A stretch of 63,505 nt of DNA, filler included, from Kipferlia bialata (taxonomy: Eukaryota), in assembly GCA_003568945.1 (NCBI GenBank). It is 6 parts of 6 records of this genome, joined end to end, with 100 filler letters (N's around TTAATTAATTAA, not from the genome) between each part and the next. Parts side by side here need not be neighbours in the genome. Positions count along the whole stretch, not along the records: positions 60,421 to 63,505 come from BDIP01001232.1; 5 more parts are not named here. One strand, 5' to 3'. The translations under genes were made by a program, and so were the position numbers. Each line of letters begins with the position of its first letter. Position 1 is the stretch's first letter. Positions 60,771 to 63,505 of the stretch are shown here, piece by piece. The notes under the pieces were generated by a model. That model made no database searches. It worked only from the letters and a program-made list of their open reading frames with translations, and had not been told where the DNA came from.

Positions 60771-63210
60771 GTAGACAACCCTAGCACCCTCCTGTCCCTA
60801 TGCTCCGTGCGCAGTCATGGTGTAGTGCGGAAGGATGCCATACCCTACCTGTGCATAGGGGCAGAGATGAAGAGGATGAAGGATGTGTCTTTTGCCACCA
60901 GGCGCTGTAAGACTGTACCCCTGCCTCCATTAGTCACACAGCCATACGCTAAAGCAGCCTCTACCGCGTGGAAGGCTCTCTCTAGGTGCCTGGGTTCCAG
61001 GGACACCGGTCTCTCTGATGATGTTGTTGACCTTCTGTGCTGGGCTGGGGATGTGGTGTGTGGGGTTGAGGTTGATGGTCTCTTCTACACATCTTGCACT
61101 CAGGCAGAGGAGGGGCAGCTGGTAGAGGTCCTCTCTCTCTGGCTGGGTGAGAGTAGACTGCACGTGATGGACGGGGAGTTTGGGTGTGCCTCTCTACCCC
61201 GTATCATAGTGAGGGCCACAGAGAAGGGGGTGAGAGTGGGGCTGCAGAGATCTGGGAGACCTAGCCATAGGCGCAGAGCTGCCAAACCCACTCCACAGCG
61301 CCTACTCTCCTCCCTTGCCTGGGACCAGTGGGACTCTACGGGTATACCCACGCTGGTCTTTATGAGAGACACCCCACTGGCTATGAGTCACATATTTTCT
61401 CAGGTAGTTACGACTCGCTATTTGTGCCTCCTGATATGATTATATGGATAAGTTGTGTCATGCCTCTGTACTCTGAGTGAATTGTATATTCACTCACCCC
61501 AGAGACATGAAGTGTTCTCCTTTACTAGATCCCTGAGTGCCGTGAAGGAGCACATCCGGGGGAGTGGGCCGCAGGTGCCTGTTGATAGAGATAGGAGATA
61601 CATGGGCTAGCCTTGTCACAGTTTGTATTACTATTATTGTCTTGGGACTGATATCAGGCATTGTATGATGCAGTAACCCACCGCAGAACTGAGAGGAAGG
61701 AGAAGTGCCGCCTAGCCGCGCTTGCGTCAGCCTCTCTGCTGCAGCCTAAGGCAAGTCAGCCCTGTCAAACCCAAAGTGTTTAACTCCTTCATCTATACTT
61801 CTGACCCAGGTTGGATCCTGGGTGCCCCTGCCCCTCCTGGCTGCCGCCGCCCACCTCTCCTCCTGGTCTGAGGCATCAGCCCTCAAGGGACACATTGGCA
61901 CTGGCCTGCTAAAGGAGGTACTGTCATACACTGACTTACCATATATATATTATATAGTTATAGTGCAACGTAGGTTGCTGAATCAGGTGGGCATGCCATA
62001 GTCTTCATTCATTATATTACTCTTTGAAGGCCCATTGTCTTATGTATGTGTTCCTCTGACAACAGACATACCGTAGCTTACGTGACTCTCGTGTATCGGT
62101 TACCAGTCCCGAGGAGTCATGTCCCCCCGAGGCGGAGGAGTGGAACGAGGCTATCGTGGAGCTAGTCCAGAGGTATGTGGCAATACAGTATATGGTGGCA
62201 TGGGAGACTACTTCATGTATGTACTCATACTACAGTGGAGAGAGGATATCGAATAGCTGGTACAGAGGAATGTATACATGTATATGTAGCAACACACGAT
62301 GTTGTTGTAGTAGAATCTCTGCTTCATAATTGTACTCATACCCCAGTGAGAAGTGCACTGCCATCCCTGGTCACACACTGTCTCAGCAAGGGTGGCAGTT
62401 GGTGTTAGAAGGTCTCTCGGCTCAGGTATGAGTGGAATGTATTGTTCGTCAACTAATTATTGTTATTATTGCACACGTCTATGGTCTGAAGTGGTTTTGG
62501 AATCGTGTCCTTCCCCCTCCCTATATAACACCAGGGAGATACTCCTACTGAGGGTCTTGGCGTCCTCTTAGACCTGCAGTGCTGTCTCCACTCCCTGTGT
62601 GTCTACAATCCACACGATGAAGACAGTGACACTGAGTCAGCCTCTGGTGATACACAGACTAGCAGGAGGGAGAGAGAGAGAGTGCTCGAGGCGAGGTGTG
62701 AGTCCTTGGCTGGCTCTCTGGAAGACAAGACAACTGAGTGTGATCGGGTGAGGCACTCAAACGAGGTGCTCACAGAGGAGAACAGTGGTCTGACTAAGAA
62801 GCTTAGAGATGCACACACGACAATTGAAGAGAGGGAGAAGAAGATCGAGACTTGCGAGGAGGACCTTCATATAGCTGTACAGGAGGACCAGGTGGAGTAT
62901 GAGGTACTCAGGGCGTCATACCTACGGGTTGAGGGGGAGAGGGATGCTGCGGTCGAGAGGGCAGAACAGGCTGAGAGGACCCAGGCCAAGTCGGCCAAGG
63001 GTGAGGCCCGGGCGTTGAAGGCCCTGTACCGGGAGTTGAAGGCCAAGCAGAAGCCCAAGAACCGGTCACGCAGAAAGGTATGTGTATACCCCAGTTGGAC
63101 CTCATCTCTCTCTCTCACCTCTCTCTCTCCCAGTCGCTTTTCTATTTCTCCCTGACCATAAGAGGTAAAGAGACTCAGGGCTGAGAGGAATGGGTATAGA
63201 GATGCCATGG
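60771..63210 (+). CDS. Multi-exon hypothetical protein with C-terminal coiled coil (both ends uncertain)
   Basis: Open exon 60771-61403, further GT-AG exons, and a charged coiled-coil exon ~62535-63077. Confidence 0.6.
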
Positions 63211-63505
63211 TTTGCATTGCACACCCAGATAAGTGGTTGAAAGTGTGACACGAGAGTAATGTGAATGAGTGTGGAGATATGAGTATATGACTTCCGAATA
63301 GAACATGAACTAGATATAGTACACCCAGGGTCAGGTTAAGAGATGTCAATACTGGAAATGTCAGCCATACTGTGGGATTCAGTGCTGGGTCCACTCAAGA
63401 GCATATAGGTCATTGACATTAGCTAGTAATCTATTGAGTTTGTAACGAAAACAAGTGCCTCTAGGCCTCAACAACAGCCTAACAGGAGGCATTAATACAA
63501 GGGGG

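Overview
Eukaryotic, intron-dense protist DNA in the standard genetic code. Short branch-point-fused acceptors (CTRAC/CTCAC-N2-4-YAG), AT/TC-microsatellite-filled introns, expanded Kelch-like genes and a divergent Sam50 fit a free-living metamonad/fornicate such as Kipferlia; this is inferred, not verified. The window is not one locus. It is six contigs joined by 100-bp N+TTAATTAATTAA linkers, and their lengths fall steadily (11994, 11991, 11982, 11977, 11976 bp), so adjacency across linkers is meaningless. Hand-spliced genes: a Crinkler-like REase+kinase, a coiled-coil+discoidin protein, Kelch-like proteins, a Ser/Thr kinase, a giant Ig-like/EGF surface protein, an LRR protein, a divergent Sam50/Omp85, two cAR/Git3-like 7TM receptors, a TOM1/GPR137-like 7TM, a 2x MIB-HERC2 + MLKL-like four-helix-bundle protein, a SAM methyltransferase and a steroid 5-alpha-reductase. 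The most striking unexplained signal is that many introns carry tandem 'echo' copies of the adjacent exon end, with the splice site intact, and these copies differ from the real exon mostly at synonymous positions. There are also two candidate GA-AG introns. Exon structures were assembled by eye and gene ends are approximate where stated.
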